This document shows, in pieces, positions 32,601 to 46,900 of a DNA stretch of 64,000 nucleotides. The translations under genes and the position numbers were made by a program. The notes beneath the pieces were generated by a model. It was not told the origin of the DNA, made no database searches, and saw only the letters and a list, made by a program, of their open reading frames with translations. Position 1 is the first letter of the stretch. Every line of letters starts with the position of its first letter. Location: the NCBI RefSeq assembly GCF_003704095.1, contig NW_020846078.1:248001-312000 (forward strand), in the 5' to 3' direction. Origin of the DNA: Pocillopora damicornis (Eukaryota).

Positions 32601-35600
32601 GGCGAAACTGCAGAACCACTCTTTCCTTCATAAAGCGCTAGTTTCTGACATACCTGATATACCTCCGCCGAAAAAATTAAGGAAATAGTGACAATGATAA
32701 TAAAGAAAACTCCCAGGAATGCAAGGTTGGAAGAAACAGACCAGAGGCTGAAGTTTTCTCAACTTTATATCCTCATATCCCTTCATGTAAAATATTAGAG
32801 ACAAAAAAAATTATCGTCGCTTTGTGGAAAATTTTCTTATCTCTTACGTCTTCGACCTTCCTTGTTTTGCTTTTGCTTTAATCTTTAAATCTTTTCGTTT
32901 TTTTTATCGTAATTTAATAGTGTGGAATAGCTCCTAAAATATCTTTAAAACAACAGTAGAATACGGCTTAAGTCTTCTTAAATGTGGTCTGCGCGTGATT
33001 CATGGGACCTGAACTTAAATCAAAGGTAAACCGCGCGGGTCACAGCACAATTACGTGAACAATATGATGGATACATCACTGTTCTGTTTTGTTTTTTCCG
33101 TCGGGAAAGCAAAAGTTTCAGTCTAGAAGTACACCCTGCTCTGCCTCTTTGACCGTCATTATTGTTACGCGTGCTAGGAACTTTCATTCGTGAGGGTTCT
33201 CGTTCACCTTGTCAGTGATGTTATTGATAGGTTCAGACCTGCAAAATATTTTGCAGACTACTGGATCCTCCCCTTTGAAACCTGCAGTAGTTTACTTTGA
33301 TCTAGCCTCCAAGGAAAATCAGCGCTCCCCGTTCACTCGCCCCGGACTTGACAAAGGAATTATCTTGTTAAAGGCGAACACGAATAATGAAGCACTTTCC
33401 CAATTTTTTCTTCGACATTCAAGCGAAATAATGACAGAGTGTTTATTTATCCCTAGTGAAATCCGACATCAAGCCATAAATCATGGTCAAAGTATCTTGT
33501 TCAAGAACAAAATATGTCAAGTTTTACAAAGTGAGAAAACTTGTGAGTCACGCGAGATAGCACAGGACGAAATCGCGTGATTCGCGCGCGATCCTCCTTG
33601 GGGTTTCACTCGTCTTTTCATTGTTGCCCGATTTGTCTTTTGAAATGTGTTACTTTTAATAAAACTTGTGACTGCAAATCTACGACTGTTCAGTTTTAAA
33701 GTTAAATGCGCAGTTATCAATATCAAGAGACTCCACAGAAAAAACAGACGATTAGTCGTATGCCGTCTGTCAAGTCAGCTATTGATAGATGTTTTTTTTT
33801 TTCCTGTCTAAACCTTTTTAACTTTTGCGACGATCAAAGGTCATGTTTACGTCTCAAATCATTTTTTTTTAATTGGTTAATCAAGCATAGGTCCCTCATC
33901 AGCAAAACACCGCGGTAGGAACGCAAAAGGCTGATAACGAGAGCACGATAAAAATTACTCGAGTATTTTACTCCTGTTCGGGAACTTATAACCGCTTATT
34001 ACAGTCAGCAGTTCTCGCATATCTTGCTCCAGCTTGACTGTGTAAGACATATAACATTGTTTTGATAGCTTACGTTTACTCGCAGCTAAGAGTTTATTAC
34101 CATTCAACTTTTACGACGTAAGCCTTTAAAGCGAGTCTTTACTTCGTCTTTGTCTTCCCACACTTGTGTTGAGTCAGCAGACAGCACTGTTATCGCGTTA
34201 ATTTTACAGCAAACACTTGCGCGAGAATATCCTTTGAGCTCTCTGGGCTTCTCTGATCAATTCCTACTGATTGGTTGAAATTCAATTTGACCATTTACTC
34301 CTGGGCAATTTTAGACGAGGGATTTTGAACTGATGCCGACAGCATTTGGCAGAAATGCACGCGGCTAGTCCTAACACATTCCGGAGTCATGTGTCGTTCT
34401 TCAAAGAACTTTTAAAACGTCGTTCGGGATTAAAGACTTAGTCAGGCTATGTAGACATGGAAGATTAATGGACGGAAACACCAGGACACCTCATCCTCTT
34501 TCTATTTTCTGAAAAAAATAAGGATTGCGCATTTGTCGGATCAAAACATGTTCCTTACAACAAAACAACTGTATGTCATTTGGTTATTTTAGCTATTCAA
34601 AATTTTCGACCTACTCCGAAGTTGCCCAACTGGGGGGTCGGTCACGCTGGTGATTCTTGTGTGATTGCCACTTTCTGTACTCCTAGTTTTTTTTAGCTCT
34701 TAAGTGTTAATATCGACTCACTGAGTTTATCATCTGGCATCTGGTTCGTTTATTTTTTGATAAGCACACATTCAAAGTCTGATTGTTTCAAATTTCTGAC
34801 GAGGTCACTCCTTTGTCATCGTTGCGATGATAAGTAAGTGATGCCGATTAAATTCCACTCGCATCATTGTTAGTATCAGTCAGATTTCTCTACTCATCCA
34901 AGACTTTTGAAGCGGAAGATGCGTGGCGTATTCTGTTAACACAGAAGGAAGACGTGTCGAAGACTGCTGCACCAGAGAACAAGGTAAGCTGCATGTACAC
35001 GAGAAGCATGTTGCTGCGCTACATGAGGTAAACAACCACAATTTTCTCTCTTACTCAGATGATTTAGGGCCGTTCGTTGAACCTTGGAGAACATTCAATG
35101 CTGAAGTTTACAATAATTCTGTTTCGGCTACCTTCTTTTAAGCGCATTTCTGGGTGAATGGGTTTTTATTCAAACGAACAGAAAGAGGAAATAAACTCAA
35201 GACCGGGGCTTAGCTCGCAAAGTAGGTATAGTTGAAAGTTGGGGGAGTTCATGAGACGGAGAATATTGGGAAGTCAATGAGACTCTTGAAAAATGACATC
35301 GGAGCAAGACAAGTTGGTTAATTTCTGTTAGTAGAAAGACTTTGGTGGTTACTCCACAGATGTGTTCATGTCAACCGGCTTCACGCCTTTTAACCTTGTT
35401 GAAACTGTGAAGTGACTTTTACCATTTCCTCTTCGCAACAACAAGTTATAATGATCAGAGTGAACAACACAGGAAACTGCAAATAGGGAACAACATTGTT
35501 TTGTTTGCTTCTAAGGAGTAGTAATTTAATTAATACACGAACGCAACTAAGGAGATTTGAAGAGTTGATATCAGCGTAGAAAACCGAAGAATTTCCTATA

Positions 35601-38600
35601 ACTCTTATTTAATAGAATTGTAAAACAGAATAACATGTCAGCAAATTTTCCCTGCCTGCCCATCTTAGTTGGTGTGGTCAATAAGCAAACGGGAGTATCA
35701 CCAGCGCCAACAAATTTACCGGCGAAGACAAGTTATGCGTTCCTAAAGAAAATCGAGATTCCTGTAAACATGTGAATGGTCAAGACTAATGGACTTGAGG
35801 ATTGAGGAACATGATCGTAGCGCTAAACTGCTGTTAAAAATGTTTCTTTCAATTTGAAAAATGAACACATTAGAATGAGTCATGTGATGCGATCCAAAAG
35901 CGCTTGTTTCATAAATAAAAAATGCATTATTATTGCACCAAGATTTTTTCAATACAACCGGAAAATGAACGATGTAAAATGTGTAAACAAGGAGTGATAA
36001 ACATTTTTCTTGTTAAAACAAAAGAAATGTTTGTTTCAGGCAAAGGTTTCGACGATGAAGCTTCGGATTACTCGGTAGGAACTTGAAAGGTGATCAAAAA
36101 CTTAAACGTGTTTATATAGTCAACCAACTCCTTTTCTGACAATGTGAGCCTTTCTTGAAAAAGATTTCTCTCAAAAACAAATTAGAGGAAACAGTGTATA
36201 AAAGCACTCTATCAAGCTTTTAGAACGCCGCTTAAAACTTAACCGGTGCAGTTATGACAAGCAGGTTCTTTCTTACCTCTTATTTCTTTGATTTGGGACA
36301 TGTTTGAATTCAACACCTGAAGTGGTCATTAGTATTAAACAACGCTATAATTTAATTTGCTTATGCTAAGACTTCCAGTGAATCCAATTGCTTGCGTGTC
36401 TCTTGCAAGATTGCTTCTTATCTATCCTTGATTAGAAAGCGATTGACTGATCATATGTTGTCGCCTTTGGATCAAAGACCAAGGTCTGGAACGGGTAATT
36501 AACGGAAGCATACTGTACACTGTCTCCTAAAAAAAAAGTTACAGAAACTGCTATACCGCACAGTCAACTGAAAGAAATGATCCTCGCAGCAGGACTGCAA
36601 TTGCAGAACGGTGTTGGTTAGAAATTCAAGTTTCTATCCCTCATCCATGAACGAAATCCACTACACATACAGCATCTATTTATGGCGTTGCAAAAATGAT
36701 TCTGATAGACACGGTACATTGTACATGAAAGAAAGGGTAGTTAATTGATCAGCACATCTTGCACTTCTGTTGCATTTACGTATTGTTTATTTAGTATCAT
36801 TGCCAAGTCTGGCCGGAAAAAAGAAATGTGTTACACAGCCCCGCATTTTGTTATCAGACCACGAGCAAATTCTATTGCCCCGAGGCTTGGTCGTATAGAT
36901 CCTGATAAAATTATTGGACTTCCTCAGCGATTCCACGGTTCTTCGTTTTTTTGTCGATAACTGCGTTGGCGACAGACGATGTACAGATAGAGCTGAAAGG
37001 TGTATGGATCAATGTTCTATCTTTTGTTCCCAGGGGGTGAGAAAAGCTATCAGTGGTTTTTGAAGGAGAAGCAGTAGACTTTTTGTAATTTTTTAAGAAA
37101 AACAGCTGTGATATAATTAACTCAAAGCTGTTCGTTGTAGTTTCCTTGTTTGTTGGAAAGTCCAGTCCAAGATTTTCTTCTCCTAATAATTTGTCTGTGC
37201 TGGGCACCGCACCAACTCATAATTGTTGTTTATTTTTTTTACTTCCCAAATTACTCTTGTTACCGGAAATGTCAACGAGAAGTCACGAACAAACTGTCAC
37301 TATCGCTTTTAATCGAAGAAAATATGAACAAAATGCTAAAACCTCAAAAATGGATGGATCATCTGAAACACATTTTTGTTCGGCCTGCCAAAAAGATTTG
37401 TTTTTATTGCGATTGATGGGATTGCATGAGAGGATAGTGGTCTTTTAGAAAGGAGATTATGAAATGGTTGGTTTTTAGTGGCTAATTTATGAAAACCAGA
37501 ATTTTGTTCGACAGTCACGCTTGTGAATATCAGTGGAAAACTCATCACGCTTTACCTTAATTACTGGCGGAAATGAATACCTTGTAGGCTGGCCCTTAAA
37601 ATAGACTGAAATTTTGAATAAATATTGCGATGTGTTGCAGAGGCATATAAAGGAGATAACACAAACAAAAATAAAACAAAACAAAAAAAAAAAAGAAGAA
37701 GAGAATGGCTTAGTGAAAGTGAAGGATATTATGACAGACTTAAAAAATTTAGGCCGGACTTTTTTTTTCATTGGGCGCAATTAACGACTTCTAATCGAGG
37801 GGTTATCAACAGTTTTTGAATTTTTATTATAGGGGGATGCAACATCAAAGAGTGTGAATGTTACGGCGACAGCCTAATTGTTAAAAGACCCTTTAAACAA
37901 CATATCGGTCGAGTTTCCTTCTCTCGTAAATAGCCGCTGACGTTTTGAAATCCGAAACGAGCTTTCTTGTCGAGCTGAGCACGTGCGAGACCGCTATTAA
38001 TAAATCAAGGACCGCTTATCTTTGGATGAAAAGGCAATATCTTTGTCTGGGGAAAGCAACAGCATTGATAATTCACTTTTTGCAATAAAAGATTTGTCGA
38101 AAGGATGCTGCACAAGATCGATTGCTAATTCATAACAAATTTGACAGGAATGGAAAGGAGAGGATAAAAGTGGATTGGAACTTGAAATTTGGGCTAAAAG
38201 AAATCGTTCACCATGCACAGACCTTAGCCTAACCCTTCTGAAAGACCAATTATCGCTTTCTTGAATTCACATGGTTGCATTCAGTCTAAATGTTTTGATT
38301 ATGTTTTGTATGAAGTCTGTTGTAGCCCGTGAACAGTTGTCCTTCTTCCCCATTTTTTCCCGTGATGCCTTTCATCAGTGATCTCTCGGGTGAAGCATGG
38401 GAAAACGCAAGTGACCAGTTCGCAATGTTGGTTTTAAATCTGATTGGTTTAGAGAATGGCGCCAGTTTTCCGGACCAATCACGTAGCGGAGTAGAAATAA
38501 TTCTACTGTTCTGCTGCCGATTAATTACTCCGGTCCACACTACAACAACTTCACGACGCATCAGCAGAAAGAAGGCATAAAGAAAAAGTTTGGAAGTTGA

Positions 38601-39889
38601 CGAACCAAGGTATTTCGTTTAGTGACAGTAATAAGTAACGCCATTTAAGCGTGAATGAATAAATTCTTCGAATTTCGGCTTGAGATTTGGCGCTTTCTTA
38701 CTTAACAGACTGCCACGTAGCGCATTTAGACCTGAGGAAGTTTTAGAGACAAAGAAGAGAAATTAAGGAAAATTCATTTTTCAAAAATGGTTCATGCTGT
38801 TATTGTTTTCAAGAAAACTTAAAAGCGAATATTTTCATTCGTCGTAGTGCACGGACGCTTTGCTTAATAGACTTAATGGAATCTTACGCAGCCATAGCGG
38901 CGAAACCTTGGAAGAAATTCGATTTAAAGGCTATATACATTTGTAATGATGTTGAGAATTTTGCTTGGGGCGTGATGTGTTAACTGTGCGTTTAGAACGT
39001 TTGGCACACCTCTTATTAGCGCATCGTGTAAAGGCGTTGTCGATTTCTAAATGGAATTAAGAGCAAATTTTTTTGCTGTCGAGGTCTCTTGACTACACAA
39101 AGAAAATATAGGAAATTTATCATGCATTAAAAACGCTTGTGCTGTGCTATTGTTCTGCTCATTACGTTTATTGTTTTACCACATCCTCGTTGAAAACTTG
39201 GGACTTATGGTCTCAATGGAAGTTATAAATGACACCAAATATCCAAAGAAACGACCTGGCTACTGTCGCAGATGTGAAAATAAAAATGAGTAAGATAATA
39301 CTAAAAATATCACAATAAAAAATTTACTCCCTTCTTTGAAATCAACGAATTTCTGTCTAGTATTTTTTGGGGAAGGAAAAATGAAAGCAGAGTCTGGCTG
39401 GTAAATTATTCACCCTTTTGGGCCTGTTTGATCACCTGGAAACCTGCGAGAAATATGAATTTTGACTCGATGTAGAAAGGTTTCGCCTGGTTCCTGAAAA
39501 CTCAGACTTGGTTATTTGACAATGAGCCACAAAAATAAACTACTATCGTAAAAAGAAAAAAAAATAATAAAAAAAAAAAAAAAAAGAACGCGCATACATT
39601 TTGTTTTCATGAACGTTATCGGATAGACAGTGTTCGAGACAGATGTCGTAAACAAACGTTGATGTGTAATAACCTTCAAATTTTGGTAAAAAAAATCTTG
39701 TTTGCCGTTTCGTAACCAGTATCGATAGTGGAGAGAGAGCTTAACCAGTTTTATTTCAGCCAAAATATTTACATTCAGGTGATATTCTTCAACATGAATA
39801 AACATTTAGATCATTGCTTTGCTCGGAGCGTTCTATTTTTAGTTCCCTTGTCACCAAGCTGGTTAGCAGGAATGTTTTCCCGGCACTTT

Positions 39890-40131
39890 CATACGGTAGA
39901 CCGTTTAAAACTCACAGTCTTTGCCAGAATGGTATACACCTTTTAGCTTTATAGTTTATATGAGCAAGTAGCTGTTATCAGTAGACCGTGTAGAAACTCA
40001 CAGTCTTTGCCAAAATGGTATACACCTTTAGGCTTTATATTACATATGGGCAAGTAGCTGTTAAGATAATATTATTAGACTCACAGTCTTTGCCAAAATG
40101 GTATACACCTTTAAGCTTAATATTATATATG
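39890..40131. repeat. Imperfect tandem repeat, three units
   Basis: actcacagtctttgcca(g/a)aatggtatacacctttt/a occurs three times (near 39910, 39996, 40079) with shared spacers. Confidence 0.9.
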
Positions 40132-41025
40132 ACCGCTCCAGTATCTAAGTAAAATTGCAGTCAGACCAGAATTGAAGCCAGCAAAATGTATGTATTCGGC
40201 CATTACATGCGCATGAAATTGCCTAATTATCTTTACACAGCTGAAATTATTTTACCGGAAAGACATTATTCGAAACTACACTAATCTCTGGATAAAAGAT
40301 TCGAGCGCTTGAGATTTTTGTCGTAACTCTGCATCTTGAACACGACTGAAAACATTGTAAGTATTTATCTGTTTTTTATTATTTTTCTTGAGAAACAAAA
40401 ACACAGTAAATCCACAGTTAGTGCCAGGATACTATATCGAGGGCATTTTGCGTGGTTCAATTTGTTTTCCTGTATTCTGTAGACATGTCGGTTTTTAGGA
40501 AGTTTCTTAGGGTTTCGGAGCCGCTCAAAAGTCTCGTTTTTTTCCCTGTTTCACAATAAACTCCTTAATTGAATCGACTGTTTCATAAATAAATTGTTTC
40601 GCATATCAGCCACTGAGGCACGAAAAAAACAATAGGATGTGGGAAAACATATTTTTGTAAATAGAAAAAAAACAACAACAACATGAATATCTAAATCTCA
40701 ATGCCATGTTATCTCTATTTTTCCGAGATGATCTTTTATTTTTGGCAAAGATTGGTTTGTGGTTAGTTCAAATTGCCAATGCTTTCTTAAAATCGAATCA
40801 AGGCCAAAATATTCACTCCACGACCGTTTTACACACTAACAAAAGAGGGACCATAAAATTTATGTTTCACTCTTTGCCATGAATTCTGAATAAAATGAAA
40901 AATTACTTAATGCGCATCAGTAATAGGACGCAGGCAACCCAAATGACCAAAAATATTTCGTGAGCTCTGTTTTATATTTAACGAACACTAATCAATATTC
41001 AAGTTGGAAACTCCTTATCATATGA

Positions 41026-41319
41026 ATGACATAAATGAAACTGAGGGTTCCTCAAAATTAATTTGTCTTTGTTGGAAGATTCTTTAGGAATTTGATCAAA
41101 TTCATATCTCTCGGGTGAAGCATGGGAAAACGCAAGTGACCAGTTCGCAATGTTGGGTTTAAATCTGATTGGTTTAGAGAATGGCGCCAGTTTTCCGGAC
41201 CAATCACGTAGCGGAGTAGAAATAATTCTACTGCCATGACATAAATGAAACTGAGGGTTCCTCAAAATTAATTTGTCTTTGTTGGAAGATTCTTTAGGAA
41301 TTTGATCAAATTCATATCT
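41026..41319. repeat. 84-bp direct repeat flanking a 128-bp copy of 38381-38508
   Basis: 41026-41109 equals 41236-41319. 41106-41233 equals 38381-38508 apart from one substitution by eye. Confidence 0.9.
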
Positions 41320-43777
41320 TAAAAAAAAAATCTGGAAAAAATCGGGAAAAAATTTTGCCAACGTCATATCAGCCCAAGTGTGATGTTTTAGTTATAGAGA
41401 AGAAGAAGAAAAAATATTCAATTTAGACAGTCTCGAAGACCTGCTGATATTGCCATGATATTGGAGACATCCTGTCTCTCCTTGGATAATTGAAATAGTT
41501 GTGTTAAATGAAGAAAAACAACAACTAAAACGACACCAAAACGACGCCAAACTTAAGTCTCAGAGGAAGTCACGCTGAGTTACATATTCTAACTCTTGTT
41601 CTGGTGTTGCCACGGAGTAAAAAGCTGTTGAAATGATATCACTTTCGTCTAGTGTTTTTGACTAAGAAGCCTGGGAAAATTAGGCAATCGCAATATTAAT
41701 GAAATGATAATAACTCCACATTTATGTGGCGCTGTTTATGTCATCAGATCAAGAGCGCTTCACAATAATTCTACATAATTCTATTCTGAAAGTGATAGAG
41801 TGTTTCCCACAGAAAGCAAATAAATGTATGAGTTGACATTTTCAATCTTAAAATGTAATCTAATATGCCATGACTAATGTAGATATGTGCCACAAATGAA
41901 TAAGGTCAATTCTATTCGGAAGCTTATCTGAACAGATGTGTTTTAACAGACGTCTTTAAACTTCAGAAGCTGAGACAAATGTAATTTGGGAGGGAGAACT
42001 CAACTGAGGAACTGTTGCCTCGAAGGAGTGCTTCCCCATCCGCCTATGATTGCAGAGACGACTTCACGAAAAGCCCATTGATTTTTATTAAAAAGATCTA
42101 GAAGCCCTTGTATCGTACCAAGCTCCCATTCCCTCCTTCAATGATGCTTTCTTTCGATGTTGTTTTGTGTGGTTTTTTCTTCGGGTAACTTATTTGAATA
42201 ACAAATAAACAACAAAATTGACCAAGGAGGAGAAAGAGGGGTTTTTTTTATTATTTATGCCAGGTTGTAAAATTTGAGAAGTGAAGTTTCCATGTGTGTG
42301 TGCATAAGCTCTACTCGCCAGGTTTTGTTTGTGATCATAAACTAACTACCAAAATGATATTCTCTGGCTGTACAACTCTTCATAACCCTTGGAGTTTTTT
42401 TTACTTAATGGTTGTGAACCACAAGATCAGTCGACTGCTCACAGTAGGGAATTTTTTAGGTCGATCACAATGATAACCGACGTTTGTCTTGATGTTTGTC
42501 TCCGACTCAAGGAAGTAGAAGCAATCGGCGAGTTGACGTTAATTCGCGCATCAAGCCAAACTATGGTAAATTGCTCATGTTTATTTTCAGTCGTTATAAA
42601 AACATAATTATAGTTGAGTCGCGTAAGTAAACGAGGCTCAGACCATTGAATAGCCGTGAATTTGAATTTGAAAGGTGCCGGCCGCTAATGAGCTGGATAG
42701 TACGAATTTAAAATGACCATCCAAGCGATTCGGTTAATGCGTTTCTTTATTACGCGCGTAAGGCCGACCACGGTGTTTACACAAATTGTTACAAATACGC
42801 CATTTGAGTTTACGTTCGGCACTTTTGAATCACTTTTGAGAAAAAAAAAAGGGAATGAAAACGTGCTCTTTTGCCAATAGAGAAGTGAGAGGAATATCTT
42901 TGGAAAGTGGCGTAATTAATTAAGTGCTTTGCTGGAAAGGATATAATTTTTTTTTCCAAGGACCATTAGTGGATTCCCTCGATTCATGGTGAGTTGCCGT
43001 CGGTTTTGGATTCATCTATTCATTAGAGGGTTGAAAAATTTAAGTAGAATGTCTGCTTTTTCAGGTCGCGTGGAGACTCTAATTCACAACTTAAAAATTT
43101 GTTCGCTGATTGTTTTCCTCAACTGCGACCATAACACCATATTTCCAGTTAAATATTCAATTCTCATAAATTTCCATTCGCATTTAAAGCTCCATTAACT
43201 CAACTATTAAATTCAGGGTCTTAGTCGTATGAACTGCGACCTAATGAGTGCTACAATTCTGCAAATGAAAAAATATCAGATTAATTTTTTTTTCGTGAGA
43301 GATCCACCATTATCATAACGCAAATTTCGCTTTTTTTGACCTTATTGAAAGCGACGCAAAAAAAAAAACGAAATGAGAATGGTTGTGTATTTCGTCCTCT
43401 TGAAATCTTCTTGAAGTGTTTACGAAGGATTATGTCGCTTTTCTTCAAACAAAGAACTTTTGATGGAGAGCACTTTAGCATGCGAAGGATAATTAAAAAG
43501 AGATATAATCTTACACCCCGTAGATATACGCGCTGAAATTTTGTTTTTAATTCCTTAGAAAGGTTGTTTTATAGTAACCAATATGCGACCATTTAATTAA
43601 GCTTCCTGCTCCTGTAATTGAGGTTTCGTCACACTGATGTGTCGGCCTGTTATCATTACATGTTTTACTTCTTGAAACGTGCAGGCAAGAGAGTCTTTAA
43701 CAAACATCTTTGTTGAATGTTTATGAATGACCATCTGCTTCTACCTGATGATCCATTAACATCTTTCTAGTGGCTGC

Positions 43778-43900
43778 TATAAAGGGGACGCTTCTTGACT
43801 ATCGACCCCCTTGGCAAGTTTCCTGAGCGACTATTCTTTTGAAAAGGAAGTTGATGTAGCGAAGGAAAGTGGTACGGTTTATTCGTTTCCAAGACGAACC
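43778..43900 (+). promoter_or_regulatory. Candidate TATA box and first non-coding exon of the GPCR gene
   Basis: TATAAAG at 43778 and donor cc|gtaagt at 43900/43901. The GPCR exon has an acceptor (ttgttcacacag|) at 48999, 33 nt before the ATG, so an upstream exon is expected. Confidence 0.4.
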
Positions 43901-46900
43901 GTAAGTTTGATGTTTTGTCGTGCATGAATAAAATCTTTCGTTTTAGTTGTTTTGGGTCTGAAAAGGTTACCTTGTTGCTCCTTTTTCAGTATTTTCAGTG
44001 TAAATGAACGAACATTCTTTTGTTTATTGTTCATGTTCTGAGAGTAAATGGCGTTTGCTTACCCTTCACAAGCTAAAATTTGCTTCTAAAATTAATTCTT
44101 CCGCTTCAAGCTCGATTAACACGCATCCGAGACAGGTTACAACAAATATGTACCTTTCATTGCTTTTTAGCGATTCAGGTTACACCAGAATCTCTTGATT
44201 TGTAGTTAAACATGGCTTTCTTTGTTATTTTCTTAATTAAAAGTGAAAAAGGACGCGCTTCTTATTGAAAATAACAGCACGACAACACAGTTTCATACAA
44301 GGAAAGAGCAGCATGGCGATTAGCTTACATGCTTCTGACCTATCAGGCCGCCATGTTTTTGGAATATTTTTCACGCTGTATACCTGAGTTGGATTGTACG
44401 ACTAAAAAGCGACCATTTCAAGATTCGTTTTTTTTATCTTTGCGCTTGTTTCTTTTTTATTGGCAAAGATCTCCCTTAACATTAGTTTCATATTTATCTC
44501 CAAAACTCAAGTTCGTATTAGCAAAATGGAGAGGCCATTTTTTGACCTCACGTTGCTCGATAATCGATAATTTTTTCGATGTGTTCGTTGCTCAACGTAT
44601 TTCTGACAATCTATACACGCAAAGAGGTAACTTTCTGGTGAAGATTAATTATAAAGCGGATGAAACTGTGTACATATTTTAATTATTTATAATCATCACT
44701 GCTAGAAAGTGGCTAAACAAAGTTTGCGTCGTTCTAATTTTCATCTTCTTTTTTGTCAAAAGAGTAGTTTTCTTCTGTAAGCTTGCCTGATTTAAGTCGG
44801 CATCGGTGTTTATAAAAATGTTAAGTTATGCTGAACGTGTAAAACTAGTTTCGAAGAAAAAAAACCAACCTCAGCTCCGACTCATTACCATATTTGGAAA
44901 CTGGTTGAAAATCTTCTGATGCGAGCCCCAAATTAAACCACAATGTTGACACTCTTTAATCAGTCGCATTATGTGCTTCTCTGAACCGTAAATTAAAGTT
45001 GAAATGTAGTTCTTAATTTGTAATTAAAAAAGACAAGATTATTTTAATGGAATCTAGCGATATCTTTACCTGTGTTACTTGTCAGTATGTGTGAAAAGGA
45101 CCGAACCACAAAAGACAAAGCTGATTACTACATGTTACAAGGTGTGTCCAGCCTCGGAAATCTTAAAAGCTGTTACGTATTTACATGCGCGGAGATTCCT
45201 GTCACGTAGAGCGGCATTTGAAAAAGCTGTGGTGTACAGTAACCCGTATTACCCTAAGGTATAGTACACAAATGTAAAGAGATTAACCATCGAGGGTGCA
45301 AAGATTAACAAACGTACAAAGTAATTCCTGTTCGTTTATTTCACACTTTCGCAAAATTACTGTTACAAAATTACTGTTACAGAAATCACTTCAGAATCGT
45401 ATGAAAATACTTGCCTTTTAATTTAGACCTGTTACTTTTCATCTTTTGTCCATGATTTCGCTTTTGTCGCCTACAATATTTTTACCGGCATGATCTTTCG
45501 CGCATCCTGTTTCTTGATGCGTTTTAACAATCTCACTGTAGTCGGTTTGCCAAGCAATTAAGCGCGGGTGTTTCGCCTCTAAAAAATTTTATTATATTTA
45601 CTATTTTTCAAGAAATGTTTCCCCTTTGTGCAATTTTTCTTTGTCGCCGTGATGAAAAGGCTGGGAAAAGCAGATTAATTCACCATGTCGGAGCGTAAAC
45701 AATCATTGTGTACTGAGCTAAATAATACGAATAAATGTATGGGTTTTGTCTAGGTTTTTCATAAATTTATACGTCAAAGCAAATAATCATTTATTTATTA
45801 AGGGTTTGAACTGAAGGTCTCCGTTTGTCGTTCGCGTATAACCAATGATATTGAAGCCAAGCTCCCTTGCTTGCATGAGACGCTGTGGGATATCACTCGA
45901 ACAATAAGATAAGAAGTTCTAGATTCAATTTAAATTAAGTTTTTTTTTACTAGATTCTTATTATTGAATCAGATTTGATTCTAACAATCGCAATCGAAGC
46001 TCTCTGCTAATGGTTCTTAAGAATTTGTTTAACGATAGTGGAGTAAAAAAGAGAACAGGCCGACGGAGGCGTAAGTAGAAATGTTTGGCTGTTTTTATTT
46101 TTAAAATACTTTAGAATTAATTCCGTGCATTATCTATGCGAAAGAAACAGCCTTATCTCCTAATGAGGAAACACCGCAAAACTTATGTACCTTTGGAGTA
46201 AGTGAAAAAAAAAAAAAAACTGGACCTGTCGGGGCACTATTTTACGTCAGACTGCATAGAATTAAACTGATCATCTTTTTTTATGTGAAGACAAAACAAA
46301 AATTTGGTACTCTCGGTATGAATTGATTAACGGTGTTTGAAATATAGGTTACAATTTTTTAGTTCCATTTGTTTATTACCCAAGCTTATCAACCACAATC
46401 CATCGTAGCCTATGTCAATCTCTTAACGCGTGAAAGAGAGAGACTGATCGTATCTAAGTCTGTCCATGAAGACGCCCAAAGTTTCGTTTCGTGAAGTGTC
46501 GGCGTGAATTTATTAGCGCATGGTTAAGAAAAATAATTTTCAGTTCTTTGGTTCCATCCGTTCGGTCAATCTTGCTTATCAAATTACAGTACATCGTAAA
46601 TCTCAAGAAAAATCTTTCGTAAAAATACCCCATTATCGCCACCTTTCAAGTAAAGATTGATTGAGGTGATTCGGAAAAAGAATTACTTCTATTTTTGGGT
46701 TCCATGCATCTCTCCCTTCATTTTTGCTTATCAAGTCAAAGTACATCGTAAAGCGAGCTATCTTTTAATGCACAGAATGATTTTTATTATCAACTGCGGA
46801 ACGGCAAAGAGATTCAGATTAATATGAAAAAGGTGCCACAAATAGATTTCGCAAAAGAGATATCTTACAGGATAATTTCCGTCTTTAAATCATTGATTAT

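Noticed and set aside
33209-33580. 123-aa ORF
   Set aside because: Non-ATG start, no recognisable motif and no convincing splice context.
40999-41367. 122-aa ORF with an internal repeat
   Set aside because: A by-product of the A-B-A duplication of non-coding DNA.
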